Positions 42,481 to 57,948 of a stretch of 64,000 bases of DNA are shown piece after piece. Each line of letters opens with the position of its first letter. The stretch's first letter is position 1. Location of the stretch: the NCBI RefSeq assembly GCF_009914755.1, contig NC_060934.1; one strand, 5' to 3'. Source of the DNA: the human T2T-CHM13v2.0 reference genome, Homo sapiens. A program made the position numbers and the translations under genes. Below the pieces are notes generated by a model, which worked only from the letters and a program-made list of their open reading frames with translations, did no database searches and had not been told where the DNA came from.

Positions 42481-44572
42481 AAATTGGTGTGCACTTGTTT
42501 AATTACCAATGAGAAGAATCCATTTGAGAATAAATGTTTGCGCATATGAAGACAGGCAAGCTGGAAGAAAGAAGTTATCCTTACCTACAAGAAAAGGACA
42601 TTCTTTCCAAGAAAGGAAGAATAAGAAGAAATGTAGATTTGGTCTGAAGCTTTGTATCATCTCTTTGAAGACGGTTCAATATTATGGCTTCAGTTTACTC
42701 TGTGGGATAGGATGGAGGCCTAGCAACTACCAAAATTGACAATGGGATGAGCGTTGACAATTTCAGGAAATAGAGTAAAAGCACACCTTGACCAGGGAAA
42801 CATAGTTGGTTCAAAATAATAGTAAATATTTTAAATTTTTTCATTAATAATTTATAGTATACAATTCTGACTTATCTATCTAGCTACCTAGTTGCTCAGG
42901 TATGGAAAAGCAGATAAATTTCATGTAGGCTTGGGTTTTGCCAGAGAGATAACATGAAAAGACTAAAGGGCAGATAAGTTTTTGTTATACAATATTATAA
43001 AAGACTGGAACATCTACATTGGAAGAACTGTTTTTATAGGAATAATTGAGCAAGCAGCTAAAAAAGAGAGGATATTATTTGTGAGTACAAAGCTGGAAAG
43101 ACTCTGATGTAGGACCATAATAGATCCAAGAAGGCAATATGAACAACCACTGTTTCATCTTATGTAAGCAACCAGTCTCTTTGTTCTAAGAGATCTATTA
43201 ATACTGCAAATTAGTCATAACCTATTAGACAGTATGTCAGTTTTAGATTTAGTTATCTTTATCTATCTTTTTCTTCTTCTTGTTAAATACACCAATGTGT
43301 AACATATTTTCTATTCATAATAATGGAACATTTTTGGACTCATGCATTTTAAATATGATCTTTGAGTGATATCTAATATCTTTAACATAGTTAAATATTA
43401 AATATTCTGGTTATATATATTTCTTCAGGAAAATAAATCTGCTCTTTCTGTAATATTTAACTCTTATCTGATATCTCCCCAAAGACCAACCAAAGAGACC
43501 AACTTTATAAGAAGTTTGATCATTTGTCTGTATTAATATCAGGAGTAAGATTGATAAAATTAACAAAAGCATCTTGAAGAGGAGATATTTATAGTGCAGT
43601 TTTTTGATATGCACTGCAGTCATATTAGCATATGAAACAACAGGGGAGATAAGTAAAGCATATTAGAAATAAGTTATATTGAAAATTTTTCATTGCATAT
43701 CAAAATCAGTGAATTTCTTCCTCATCTACTGACCATTCAATGCTGATGTAACTACATGAATTTCTTATGAAAACATTAATATAGTTTTGCCATTTCTAAT
43801 GTTAATAGTGTTAAACTTGCTGCACTCTAAAAAATTTGTTCTTTTTGACCATAGGGATAATATCAAAAGCTAAATTATATAAATATATAAAATATATAAA
43901 ATAAATCAGATTTTTAAAAAATCATAAAAGCTGTTTATTTTCCATGTAGAAAGCCATTTTTGATTACCTGGTTGCCCAGATATGTATTAGGTACTCTGTG
44001 TTTGAAAGAATAATTTTATGAGGTAGTTGATGTTTTGAAAAGCAAAAGTGCTCATTTAGAACACATAATCCCTCATGTTGGGATTCACAGACTGGAGTCT
44101 CAGAAGAATTAAGCCATGAATCCACTTCTAAGTACCTATGAATACTTTATACAAAGTTTTGTCGGTATGTGAATTTTTTTCCTAAGAAGAAGGTACAAAA
44201 ATAAATCATTCTGAAAAGGTTTCTAGGTCTCTAAATATTTAAAAGTCTGCTATTTTTAGCATTCTTGATAAATGTAGCTGGGTTCACTTTCAGTGTTCAT
44301 TTCAGACAGAGAAATTTTGATCTTTTGCTTATGCTAAATTTATCTCGTCATTTATTTTTAAAAGACTTAAAAATAAAGCTTCTATTTGATTTTAGTGAAT
44401 TTTATTTTTATACAATAAAGTGCCATTATCAAAGAAGCTGGTTACAGATGATGACTTAGCTTTATGTCCTATAAGTCATCTCACTTATTTTTTTTTTTCT
44501 TAAAACTCTTTGGCTTTTAAGACAACATGCAATAAAAAACGACTCAATTATGCCTAGCATTTGTGCAATGAC

Positions 44573-46158
44573 TTTTTTTTAAGTTTCATTTTTAAGTTCA
44601 GGGGTACATGTACAGGTTTGTTATATAGGTAAATTCGTTTCATGGAGTTTCTTGTAGCAATTATTTTGCCACCCAGATATTAAGCCTAGTACCCATGTGT
44701 TATTTTTCCTGATCCTCCCCTTCCTCCTACACTCCACCCTCCAATGGGCTCAATATCTATTGTTCTCCTCTGTTTTATTCTCAGCATTTAGCTTCCACTT
44801 ATAAATGAGAACATGCTATATTTGGTTTTGTGTTCCTTCATTAATTTGCTAAGGATAAATGGCCTCCAGCTCCATCCATGTTCCTGCAAAGGACATGATT
44901 TCCTTCTATATTTTATGGCCGCATAGTATTCCATGGTGTGTGTGTACCACCTCTATGCATATAGACTACAAAATCTAAAAGAAATGGATGAACTACTGGA
45001 CACATACACCCTCCTAAGACTACAGTAGGAAGAAATTGAATCCCTGAAAAGACTAATAATGAGCTCTGAAATTTGGTCAGTAATAAATAGCCTACCAACA
45101 ACAACAAAAAGCCCAGGACTAGATGGATTCACAGCTGAATTTGACTAGATGTACAAAAAAGAACTGGTTCCATTCCTGTTGAAACTATTCCAAAAGATTG
45201 AGGAGAGACTCCTCCATAACTCATTCTGCAAGACCACTGTTTTCTGGATACCAAAACCTGGCAGACATACAACAACAACAACAAAAATAAAACTTCAGGC
45301 TCATATCCTTGATGAACATCGATGCAAATATCCTCAGCAAAATTCTGACAAACTGAATCGAGCAGCAATCAAAAAGCTTATCCGCTACCTCATCAAGTAG
45401 GCTTCATCCTCGGGATGCAAGTTTCGTTCAACAAACGCGAATCAATAAATGTGATTCATCACACAAAAGAACTAAAGCAAAAACCACATGATTATCTCAA
45501 TAGATGCAGAAAAGGCTTTCAATAATATTCAACACTCTTCATGTTAAAAACTCTCAATAAACTAGGTATTGAAGGAACATACCTCAAAATAATAAGAGCC
45601 ATTTATGACAAACCCACATCCAACATCACACTGAAGAGGCAAAAGCTGGAAGCATTCCCTTTGAAAACTGGCACAAAATAAGGATGCCCTCTCTCACCAC
45701 TCCTATTCAATGCAGTATTGGAAGTCCTGGCCAGGGCAGTCAGTCAAGATAATGAAATAAAGTTCATCCAAATAGGAAGAGAGGAAGTCAAACTTCCTGC
45801 TTGCAGATAACATGATCCTATATCTAGAAAACCTCCTATTCTCAGCCCCAAAACTCCTTAAGCTGATAACCAACTTCAGCAAAGTCTCAGGATACAAAAT
45901 CAATGTGCAAAAATTACTAATGTTCCTATACACCAACAAGAGTCAAGCCGAGAGCCAAATCAGGAAGGCAATCTAACTCACAACTGCCACAAAAAGAATA
46001 AAATATCTAGGAATACAGCTAACCAGGGAGGTGAAAGATCTTTACAAGGAGAATTACAAACCACTACTCAAAGAAATCAGAGCTGACACAAACAAATGAA
46101 AAAATATTCCATGCTCATGGATAGGAAAAATCAATACATAAAAATGGCCATACTGCTC
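44573..46158 (-). mobile_element. L1PA/PB with inverted ORF2 segment
   Basis: antisense poly-A and 3'UTR 44573-44950, then sense ORF2 44950-46158 (YKKELVPFLLKLFQKIE; RT region gcagataacatgat). Confidence 0.88.
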
Positions 46159-49100
46159 ATTTGTTTTTATCGTGTGTATTTGCGTATATGCACGTGCCTG
46201 TGGTGTTTCAGATGAAAAACACATGTTCATGAAAGTGTTCCTTGTGTAAAACACTCAGGAACTAAGTAAGGAATATGCAAGAAGCAACTGATTTTCTACT
46301 AATTATATGAAACATTTCTCTCCCACTTTGTTCGTCCTTCAATTATAGAAATTTGTACTACAACCTGGCACTTGGTTATATAAGGTCATTTACAGGCATT
46401 AATCATTGGGGCAGTGAAAATACTACAGATATTTACAGGCTGGGAATGGGTGAGCATCAAACAATCAGAACAAATGCCTATCAGAGTGAGCTTACATTCT
46501 TACAATGAAATGGAGCTACCAGCTGTGTATCAGTCACACTGGGGTAGCTTTAGGAGACTGAAGTTAGAATCTTTTACTAAATCCAAATGATGACATTGCT
46601 GAAACTGTTTTTGAAGTAAATTACATGTATTGGGAAATAAAATATTTGAGTATCCAGGTAACTCAATAAGAGTTTTGATGTTCACATTTGGTTGTGTTTT
46701 CATTTTTCTTTAGATATTTCAACTATTTGCTACATTTGCTACATAGAAATTAAACCTACCTAAAAACATCACATCATCAACAACTACGAGAGAGAATGAG
46801 AGAGAAAGGGTAAATGTGGTATAAATCTTTTAAAGAGAAAGAGTATTAGACAGAAAGACACAGAAAAGCACACTGAAGAAAATCCTAGTATAAAAACAAT
46901 AATTGTATTTAAAAACTGGTACTTAAAAAACATATAAGCCCTAGGCATAAAATGAACACACAAATCTAGGCTGATGCCAAGTTTCTAGTCATTTGTGCAT
47001 TATTAGAAATACCCTTATATGCATTTTATTTACATACTTGAACTATATTGTCAAATTAAATGATGAAAAGGGTAGACTATATTGGTGAAGGGTTTATCTG
47101 AAAACAAAGGATATTTTCTCCTTTATGGCAGATCCCTTGGTCTCTGCAGCATTGCTCCGACAGCTCCATTAACCTTTGTTCTTTGCGCATTTGTGGACTT
47201 TGAATTTACTTGAATTCACATCAATCATAGTTAAAAAATAAAACAAACAAAAAGTTACAGTTATTTAGTCTGATAAAAAGGTATCCTTTTGAAGAAAACT
47301 ACGTTGAGAATAAATCTTGAAATGCATTAACCTTTCCACTAGAGGGACAGGTGTTATCAGAAAATACCTTCATTTTTATATACCATATTTTCCTTAATAG
47401 ATACTGTTTGGATGAAAAACTGAATAGTGTTTACCAAAATACATCTAAAGTCTTGAGTATATCTGAGCATTTTTAGTCATCTTTATTAACACTCAGTTTT
47501 TGAGGCCACTTTTTACATTACAGCTTTTGGTTACTCTTCAAAAATCACTCATCTACTTGAGTTGAGGAGTCAATAAAGAAGGATAACATGGAGAATGTAC
47601 AAGACAATGCAGATAACAAAGAAAACTGAAGGGAAAAATAAATGCAAAGATACTTTTGGTAGGTATTTTTATATAGAAGAAAATGAATAAAGGATGGGAG
47701 AATGACATTATTCAAATAGCTGAGACAATTGGGTTAAAGAGACTTTAAAAAATAAGTGAGTTTATTTACATATAACGAACCAAATACAGCAGGCTGCTAC
47801 AGCTAAAGACTGGACAAATTATTCTATTTAATATTTTTCTAAGTGGCATCACTAAGTACTGATTTTTGGCATTTAATAACAGCTGCTTAATGCTAAATTA
47901 TACATATGATATATTCATATATTAATGTAATATGCAAATGTGCATATCTGTACACTTGAATATTTCAAATTAATTTCATATAAAATTACCTCTTGATTTG
48001 TAATTACAGTAAAGACAAATCAATTAATTAAGGTATATTTTTAATACATTGTTTCATTTCTTTGTTTCTCTTCCAAACTCTACCTTGCCTAACTTTATGT
48101 TTATTCTTATTTATTAAAAAAAATTTGCAACTGTGTGAACATATTTTCTCAAGATATTTTGATTTTTCACTATTAAAATTTCTCAGTTTTGAAGGAAAGA
48201 AAAACAAACTGCTTATTTAAGAAGATACATTTTATAAATATATATTCCAATATATATAAAATAAATATATATATATTTTTTCTCCCAAACTCATTATATC
48301 TTTCTACATTTAGAGGTTTCTGTATCTCATACTTGTGATACCAATTTTATGCAGACTAACTTTTTACTAATTATTTTCTTAATTTTAATTTTATTTCTTC
48401 TCACCTCCTCTCTGTGACTGCATTTCTAAATCATCATCATCACCACCACCAACACTACTATCACCTACACCATCATCATTGTCATCAACAATAACAGTTT
48501 ACATTTATAATGTTTAAACATGTCTAGGCAGTTTAGTAAGTGGTCTAGCATGTGATAGCTTATTTAATAATTCCCACAAAACAAGTGGTAGTCAATATAT
48601 TTATCTGTAGTATATAGATTAGTGTAATGAGTTTACCAAAAATTTGTTCATCTCCTCAGTTAATAGATATTTAGATTGTTTCCTGTTTGAGGATGTTCTA
48701 TATGATGCTACCATAAATATTTACATACAGGTCTTGAGTGTTCATTTTCTGGGGTAAACACTAGAGAAAGGTATAGCTAGATTTTTTAGAGTTTATCTAA
48801 TTACATAGTAAACTGCCAGGGTGTTTTCCAAATGATCTGTTTTACATTCCCTCAAGAAATTTATTAGGATGCTATAAGTTCAAATTCTTGTTTGTAATTG
48901 ATATCATAATTGATATTGTCAGTCTTCTCAATTTGGCCATTCCAGTGAGCATAAAGTGGCATGTCATAGGTTTTAAATTTTAACTCAGCGAATGACTAAG
49001 GTGTTGAATGTCTTTTAATGCGTGTTTTTTTGACATCTGTCTCTTTGCTTTGGAGAAGTGTTTATTTAAATATTTTGATTGTTTTTACTTATTTTTTATT

Positions 49101-51789
49101 GTTAATTTATAAAAGTTGTTTACCTAATTAGGATACAAGGCCTTTATTAAATATGTGTTTTACAAATATTTCTCACAGACTATGGCTTGTCTTTTCACTT
49201 TTTAACGCTGTCTTAGGAAAAATAATCGTCTTTCATTTTGCTGAAGCTATATGATGAGTGCTTTATGTATCCTAAAAAATCTATGCATCTCAAGGTCAAA
49301 ATTATTTTCTCCCATGTTTCTGCAATCAGACCTTATAGTTTTATCTCTTATATTTAGGTTTGCGATCTATTTTGAATTAAGTTATGCATATGGAACGTAT
49401 TTCTTCTTTTTTTGCATATGAATGTTGTTTCCACCTCCATTCCCCTTTGAATTACCTTGTCATTTTGTGAAAGTCAATTGCCTATATGAAAACTGTCTGT
49501 ATGAAAACTCTGTATCTATCATTTATCAACTCTTTACCTATTTTTTTAACTCTTTACCTATCTATAATTACACAAATTCCACATAATCTTGGTTACTGTA
49601 GCCATATAATAGGCATTTAAATCAATTAGTTTGATTCCTGTATTTTTTTGCTTTTAAAAAATTGCCTTGGCTGTTTTATGCCATCTATGTTTTCATATGC
49701 ACTTTAGAATCAAGTTTAATTTCTATGAAGTAACCTGCTGGACTTTTTTTTTTTTTTTTTTTTTTGGACTGTGTTGAATCTATGTCAGTTTGGGGAGAAT
49801 TGGTATCTTAATATTGAGTCTTCTCTTTAATTACCTGTATTCCTCTGTTTCTTTAGGTCTTCTTTTAACAATATGTTTGTACATTGTAATGAAGTGAGCT
49901 TGGATATATTTGTTTCTAGCTATCCCTAAATGTTTTACCTTTTAAAATGATATTGTGTTATCTATATTGTTACAAAATTGGTTTTTATATATTAACATTG
50001 TATCCTGAGATCTTATTAAATTCAAACCTCAGTATTAGTAGTTTATGTATTTTTTTTGGATGATCTCTTTATACAGCTATGCATTTTAGAATAAAGAACA
50101 TTTTGTTTTTTCTTTTCCCATCTGTTTATGTTTTTTAATTGTTTATTCTATTTCTATTCTTATTTCTATGTATATATATATTTTTTTCTTTCCCTTGCCT
50201 TATCGCACTAAGGGCCTCCGGTACAATGTTGAGTACAAGTGATGAGAACAGTTACATTTACCTTGTCCTCAAATTTACTGGGAGCACATTTGTTCTTTCA
50301 CCAATAAATATGAGGTTAAAGATGTTTCACAAGTGGCCTTTATCAGATTATGTGTGAATTTCTGATATTTTTTAAAATTATGATGGATGAATATTGCATT
50401 CTGTCAAATAATTTTCTCAGTCTATTTTAATGATTATTTAATTTTTCTTTTCATCTGACATTGTGAATTAAATTGAACTTTAAAACAAGCTTTTATTCTA
50501 AGATAAACTTCACATGTTCATGATGTATTATTGTCCTTACATATTGCTACATACAGTTTGCTAACAGTGTCATTAAACTTTTTCATGAAGGTTTTGGGAT
50601 TTTGTTGTGGTTTGCTTTCTTGTAATGTCTGTCTTATTTTGAAATCAGGATAGTTTTGATTGACTAAAGTGACTTGGATATTGTTCCCACATATCTTATA
50701 TTCTGGAAGATTTGGGGTAAAAATAACTAAATGTTGGAAGAATTCAGTAGTGAAGACATTTGTGCTTAGGGATTTTTTAACCATAGATTGAATTAATTTA
50801 ACAAATACATATTCCGTTTATTTATTTCTTCTTCATTAAGTTGTTATTTTGTGGTTCTCGTGAAATTGTTGGCTTATATAAACTATCAAAGTAGGAGAAA
50901 ACTAGTCTTATCATTTTCATATTTTGCTCTTAGTGTCTGCAAATTCTCTAATATCTCATTTTTATAATATCTCATTTATTATCCCAATATTTGTAATTTC
51001 TGTTCTTTTTGTTCCTGTAAATCTACCTGTAAGTCTATCATTTTCATGATTTTTTTAAATAATATTTTATGTTTCTTTAAGAATCTCAATTACTTTCTAT
51101 TTACTATGTCATTAATTTCTGCTCATATCTTTATTATTTCTTTGCTCATTCTTACTTTGTTGTTTTTCTCATATAAGCCTTTAATGTTATGGATTTTTCT
51201 AATTATTGCTTTAGCTCTATCTCACAAATTTTGACATACTGTGTTTTCATTTTTATTCATTCAAAATCTTTTCAATTCGTCTTGTTACTTCTTTGATCCA
51301 TCACTGATTAGAGGTGTGTTCATTATTTCTCCAATATTTGGATATTTTACAGATATTTTCCTGTTACATATTTCTTGTATAATTTTTCTGTGTTCAGAGA
51401 ACATAGTATTATTCCAATGCCTTAAAAATGAGTTATGTTTTTTATAGCTCAGAATATAGCCTATCTTGCCTTTAAACATTCCATATAAAAATTTTAAAAA
51501 TGTGCATTGTACTGTGGTTTTACAGATAATTCTAAAATAACAATTATACTAATTTGGCTGGCTACATTGTTTGGATCTTCTATATCTTTCTCTAACCTTA
51601 TTTAATTTTTACTTCTTTGTCTAGCAATTACTAAGAGAAAAGTACTAAATTATCCAACTATAATTGTGGGTAGTATTTTACTTTAAGTATACTGAAGTTT
51701 TGCATTAGGTGTATATACGTTTAGAATGTTCATTTCTTCTCTTGGGATTGATCTCTTAATCATTATGGTATACACCTCTTTAAATTTCT

Positions 51790-52102
51790 TTATTTTATTA
51801 GTAGTAGTAGTAGTATTTTTGAGACGGGGTCTTGCTCTGTCGCCCAGGCTGGAGTGCAGTGGCACGATCTTGGCTCACTGCAAGCTCCGCTGCCCAGGTT
51901 CACGCCATTCTCCTGCCTCGGCCTCCTGAGTAGCTGGGACTACAGGCGCCTGCCACCGTGCCCAGCTAATTTTTTTATATTTTTGGTAGAGACAGGGTTT
52001 CACTGTGTTAGCCAGGATGGTCTTGATCTCCTGACCTCGTGATCTTCCCACCTCGGCCTCCCAAAGTGCTGGGATTACAGGTGTGAGCCACCACGCCTGG
52101 CC
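51790..52102 (-). mobile_element. AluY with (TAG)n-modified tail
   Basis: Y diagnostics; 16-bp TSD ACCTCTTTA(A/C)ATTTCT. Confidence 0.94.
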
Positions 52103-52181
52103 ACCTCTTTACATTTCTAATAATATTTCTTGTTCTGAAATAACTTTGGTTAGTTTGCACAGCATACAATTTTCCCATCTT

Positions 52182-52310
52182 GTAATTTATTTACTTTCAG
52201 AGATGGGATCTAACTATGTTGCCCAGTCCGACCTCAAACTCCTAGGATCAAGCAATCCTGCCACTTCAGCCTCCCAATTAGCTGAGACTACAGGCCTGTT
52301 CCAGCACACC
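52182..52310 (-). mobile_element. FLAM / Alu monomer
   Basis: agagatgggatctaactatgttgcccag...ctcaaactcctagg. Confidence 0.75.
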
Positions 52311-52452
52311 TTTCTAAACTTTTATTTTTAAACCTTTGTCCTTCTATATTTAGTCAGTTCTTAGAGATAAGTACAGTTATATATAAAGTATTGTTTTCTT
52401 ATCTAGTTTCACAAAGTCTTCTTTTTAATGGGCTTGTTTAAACCATTAAGGT

Positions 52453-52676
52453 ATGATGCAGTGGTTAATCTTACGTGCTAACTTGATTGGGACAGAGGTG
52501 CCTTGATATTTGCCCAGTTGTCCTTTCCAATGTAGGTGGACCTCAACTGATTCATTAGATAATTGGATAGAACAAAATGGGGTAAAAGATAATTTGCTCT
52601 CTCTGCCTGTGTGTGTGTGTGTATGTGTGTGTATCCCATTGTTTCTATTTTTCTGGAGAACCCTGATGAATACATA
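52453..52676 (+). mobile_element. MLT2 LTR (internally deleted)
   Basis: gtggttaatcttacgtgctaacttgattggg...tttctggagaaccctgatgaataca. Confidence 0.7.
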
Positions 52677-52951
52677 TAATGTAGTTATTTATATGGTAGG
52701 ATTTCAAACTATCTTGCTAGTTGTATTCTATTTTTTCAATCTGTTCTTTTATTTCATTTTCTGATTTCACTGACTAGATCAATTTTCTTATTAATTGCAT
52801 TTTACTTCCACTATTGTTATATTAGTTACAGTTTTTTTGGTGATTACCATAGAATTACAATATAAAACTCAAATGTACTACAACCCCTATTACAAAAAAT
52901 GTTATACCACTTTATGAATAATTTCAGATACATCATCTTTCTTTTTGCTAA

Positions 52952-53312
<361 letters not shown>

Positions 53313-53963
53313 GATGTTTTTATTTTAGTCAATCAATTATTTATTTGAAAGTTTAAGCATAAGAAAAAAATTCTTTCACATATAAATTTATTTTTACTAA
53401 TTTAGATTCTGTTCATCTCTTTGTATAGATCAAATTGCCATCGGGAATCAAACATCTTCTAATTGAAAAAACTTCTTTTGATATTTCTTATTGTGTGGTG
53501 CAGTGTCAATAAATCCTCTCATTCTATTTGTCTATAAAGGCTTTTTATACTAATTTTGGAAAGTCCTTTTTAATCTTAATAAATTCTAAGTTGATTTTTT
53601 TTTCTATTAGTACTTTGGATGTTTCCTCCACTTTTTACTCTCCTGTATTTTTTTAAATAAAAATTTATGTGTTTCTTATATAGTTTTTTCTTAATATAAG
53701 GGTTTTTTTTCCTTCTACCTCATTTCAAGATATTATTTTTCTTCTTGTTCCAGCATTTTGGCTCTGATAAGTCTAAGTCTGTATATGTGTATAGGAGAAA
53801 GAGAGAAAGAGGGAGTGAGAAAGAGAGAGAAAGGGGAGAAAGACAGAGGAGTGTGTATATGTTTCCTTTTTGTGTGTGTCTCCTTCTTAGAGTTCTCTGA
53901 GAGTCCTGAACCTGTGGTTTGTTAGTTTTGTTATTGTTAGTAATTTCTCAGTCATTATATCTT

Positions 53964-53994
<31 letters not shown>

Positions 53995-54022
<28 letters not shown>

Positions 54023-54309
54023 GAGATGGAGTCTTGCTCTGTCGCCCAGGCTGGAATGCAGTGGCACGGTCTCAGCTCACTGCAAGCTCTGCCTCCCGGG
54101 TTCACGCCGTCTCCTGCCTCAGCCTCCCCAGTAGCTGGGACTACAGGCGCTGCCAACATGCCTGGCTAATTTTTTGTATTTTTGTATTTTTAGTAGAGAC
54201 GGGGTTTCACCATGTTAGCCAGGATGGTCTCGATCGCCTGACGTCGTGATCCGCCTGCCTCGGCCTCCCAAAGTGCTGGGATTACAGGCGTGAGCCACCA
54301 CACCCGGCC
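53995..54309 (-). mobile_element. AluY
   Basis: Y diagnostics; duplicated ttttgtat linker. Confidence 0.93.
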
Positions 54310-54879
54310 ATATTTTCATATATTTCTTCTGCCTTTCTCTTTCTTCTTTTATTAGAGACTTATTTTATTTTATTCTGTTTTAACAATTGGCCATTTAGTA
54401 CTTTCTCTCAGCTCTCAGGTGTCAGTTTTTTTTTTCCAACTTTTATTTTGTCTTTGTGTTTCAATTTGGTTATTTTCTACTCACCTATCTTTATGTTTTC
54501 TGATTCTTTCCTCAACTGTGTTAAGTCAGTTTATAAGCTTGCTGATAAAACCCTGAAAGTTATTCTTCATTTATGACATTTTTTTCTGGCATTCCCATAT
54601 GGCTGTCTTTTGTATGATTATTCATATTTCATATTTTTCTGCTAAAATTTCCATCTGCTTGTGAATGCTGTCTACTTTTCAAAAATAAAGTCTTGAACAC
54701 ATTAACTTCAGTTATATGAAAGTTCCAGTCTTATAGTTCCCACACATGAATCATCTTCTGGTCTTGTTGACTGTTCCATCTCTTGGCAACAAGTTGAGTT
54801 TTTTTCTTTGTCATTTTCTGACAGCATATTTATTTGAAAGTATCATAAGATTGAAGTACATAAATGCTTCTTTTATTTT

Positions 54880-55828
54880 TTCTTCAAATTTTTATTTTGT
54901 AAATAAATATAAAATATATAATTTTAATTATATTTCAGTGTACTATAATTTTAATTATATTTAAGTGTACAGCTCAGTGATATTAAATGTGTTCATATTT
55001 TGGGGCAACTAGGTCCACAATACATCTCCAGAATTCTTTTTGTCTTGGAAAACTGAAACTCTATACCCAGTGAATAAACTCCACATTCGCTCCACCCTCC
55101 AGGCCCTGGAAATCACCATTCTACTTTCTATAATGTTGACTACTCTAGCCGCCTCATATAAGTGAAATCATATAGTATTTGTCTTTTTGTGACTGGCTTA
55201 GTCCATTTACCCTAATGTCTTTGAGATTCATTCATGCTATAACATATGTCAGAATTGCCTTTCTTTTTAACATTGAACAACAATGTTCCATCGTATGTAC
55301 ATACCTCATTTAGTTTACCCATTAATTCATAAATGTACACTTAGGTTGCTTCTGCATTTTAGAGATTGTGAATAATGCTGCTAGAAATATAATGTACAAA
55401 TATCTCTTCAAGACCTTGCTTTCTGTCGTTTTGGTTATGTACCTTGAAGTGGGATTGTTGGATCATATGCTAATACTCTTCTCATTTTTCTGAGAAACCA
55501 CCATACTGATTTCCACAGTGACTGTACCATTTTACATTCCTACCATGAATGCACAAGAGTTCCAGTTTCTCCACATCCTATCCCACACTTTTATTTTCTG
55601 CCTTGTATTTTTTATAATAGCCATCCTAATTGGTGTGACATCATAATCTTGTGTTTTTTATTTGAATTTCCTTAATGATTAATGTTATTGATCATGTTTT
55701 CTTGTACTTATTTATTATTCATATATTTTCTTTGGATAAATGTTTATTCAAGTCTTTTGCCCTTTTTAAATTGTTTGTTTTTGTGGTTTTGTTGAATTTT
55801 AGAAGGTTTCTGTATATTCTGGATATCA
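54880..55828 (-). mobile_element. L1MA/L1MB 3' end
   Basis: catctccagaattcttttt...aactgaaactctataccc...cctcatataagtgaaatcatatagtatttgtc. Confidence 0.8.
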
Positions 55829-56450
55829 GGACTTACTGTAACTTTCATTAATCAAGACAGTGTGATATGGATGAAAGAACAAATAGATCAATGAATCAAA
55901 ATAGAGATCACAGAACTTGACCAATACAATTATGCATCACTTATTGACAGGAATACATAGGTACTGATAAATGCATCATTAGATGATTTTGTTGTTGTGC
56001 AAACATTATAGAGTGTGCTTACACAAACCTAGATGTTATAGTCAAATACTTGTCTAGGCTACATGGTACCCTCTACTGTTCCTTAGCTACAAATCTGTGC
56101 ATGTTACTCTACTGAATACCTTAGGCAATTGTAACACAGTGGTCTAAGTATTTGTGTATATAAACACATAGAAGAGACAGAAGAAAAATATGATACAAAA
56201 GATAAAACATGATATATCTTTATAGGGCACTTAACGTGAATGGACCTTGCAGAACTAGAAGTTTGGATGAATCAGTGAGTGAGTGGTGAGTGAATGTGAA
56301 GCCCTAGACATTACTGTACATTATTGTAGACTTTATAAACACCACGCACTTAGGCTGCACTAAATTTATTAACAATTTTTCTATCTTAATAAATTAATCT
56401 TTGCTTACTGTACTTTTTTATTTTATGAACATTTATATTTTTTATTTTTT
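55826..56450 (+). repeat. Partial duplicate of 61289-61925 (L1M + Tigger3b 5' half)
   Basis: colinear with the downstream copy across the L1/Tigger junction. Confidence 0.85.
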
Positions 56451-56859
56451 TATGGCTTCCTCACTAGAGGACAATTTCCTTTCATAAGTAAATATATTTT
56501 AGTCTTAACAATGTTACAGTCTAGAGAAAGCCTTAAGTCTATGAAAAAAAAACCATGTTTTGCAAATAAGAAATATACTGAGACATAGAAGACCTGATGA
56601 AGGATAGTGATAAAAATAAATGGTCAGAGGAAATAGAAAAGACGGGGTGTCTTTCTCAAGTCTCCCAGGTGGAAGTCAATAGACAAGACATGGTGCTTTA
56701 TCACAGCCTTTGAAATAAGGAGTATAAATGGTTTTCCACGTCCCTCTGTACTCCCTAATGAAAAATTAGTATAACATTCTTCCTTACTTCCATACCAGGT
56801 CCCTGCATCAAGATGAGAAATGACAATTTTTACTTAAAAAGGACGATAATGATTACAAA

Positions 56860-57003
56860 AATAAAATGAATAAGATCTAGTATTTGACATCACAACAGGG
56901 AGCCTACAGTCAACAATAATACATTGTACATTTTAAAAATAACTACAAGAGTATAATCGGAATGTTTGTAACACGAAGAAATGATAAATGCTGGAGGTGG
57001 TGG
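56860..57003 (+). mobile_element. L1MA 3' fragment
   Basis: aatgaataagatctagtatttga...cacaacaggg...gaaatgataaatgct. Confidence 0.75.
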
Positions 57004-57317
57004 GAAAATAATAGGAAGAGATAGCTTATTTAAAAAATCATAAAAATAATATTTATCATGGCTGCTTAAATACTGGCTATTTCCATCGCTAGTGCCATTA
57101 GAGAAGCAGTATGGCATTGTTGCCTGTTTCTTACTTTGTTCATGGTGGTATTTTTCTGTTCCATCAATGGCATCCAGTATTTTTTAATAAAATATATGTT
57201 ACCAAAAGGTAGCTGTAGTTTTGCCCATTTTATTGTCTATTATTTACTTGACAAGCTATACTTTTTCATTCTTTAATGTATATTTTTAAAAATATTTTAA
57301 AAGTTCATTTTAGAATT

Positions 57318-57408
57318 TTTTTGTTTGTTTTGTTTTTGTTGTTGTTGTTGTTTTTGATAGTGTTGCTGTGTTGGCCAGGCTGGAGTGTAGTGGCAAGATC
57401 ATAGCTCA
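57318..57408 (-). mobile_element. Alu 3' fragment (J-type)
   Basis: (TTG)n tail plus ccaggctggagtgtagtggcaagatcatagctca. Confidence 0.75.
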
Positions 57409-57948
57409 AGAAGGATGTATTCTATTTCTAGTGTTTCCATTGTTTCGTTTATGGAAGCTTTAAAATGAGATATGGCACTTATATGTACGGTATATTTTCT
57501 AATTAATTGATAACAGTAGAAAGGGCCTTGAGAACAATGGCTTTATGAAATAATTAAATACAAAATTTTATTTTTTTAAAGTGTATAATATTGCATATCA
57601 GAATATTTATTAAATATGGTATTGGTTTAATTTACTTCTAGGAAATAGAGAAAATAAAAAAATCCTTAACTAAAATTAAGTGAAGAACTTCCTTAACCAA
57701 AGCCTAAACAAATAACTTTCTTTAACAGAAATTAGAGAATAAGATTCTAGTAAATATATTTCAGTCAGTATATGTTTGTTTCATTTCCTATATCTCATAT
57801 GTATTCAATCCTGTGTGAAATATCTCAAATTAATGTTTAGGTTGATGCTGAATTGGGATGTGGAAAACATCAAGCCTGTTTAATTTGCGCAATTTAATGA
57901 GGAGGGACAGAGAACCAAGAATTTTAAATTGTTAAACATTAATATATA

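Noticed and set aside
45149-45939. ORFs in the L1 ORF2 region
   Set aside because: Frameshifted L1 remnants or antisense read-throughs.
57884-57893. C/EBP-like palindrome TTGCGCAA
   Set aside because: A single 8-mer can occur by chance in 64 kb; no supporting context.
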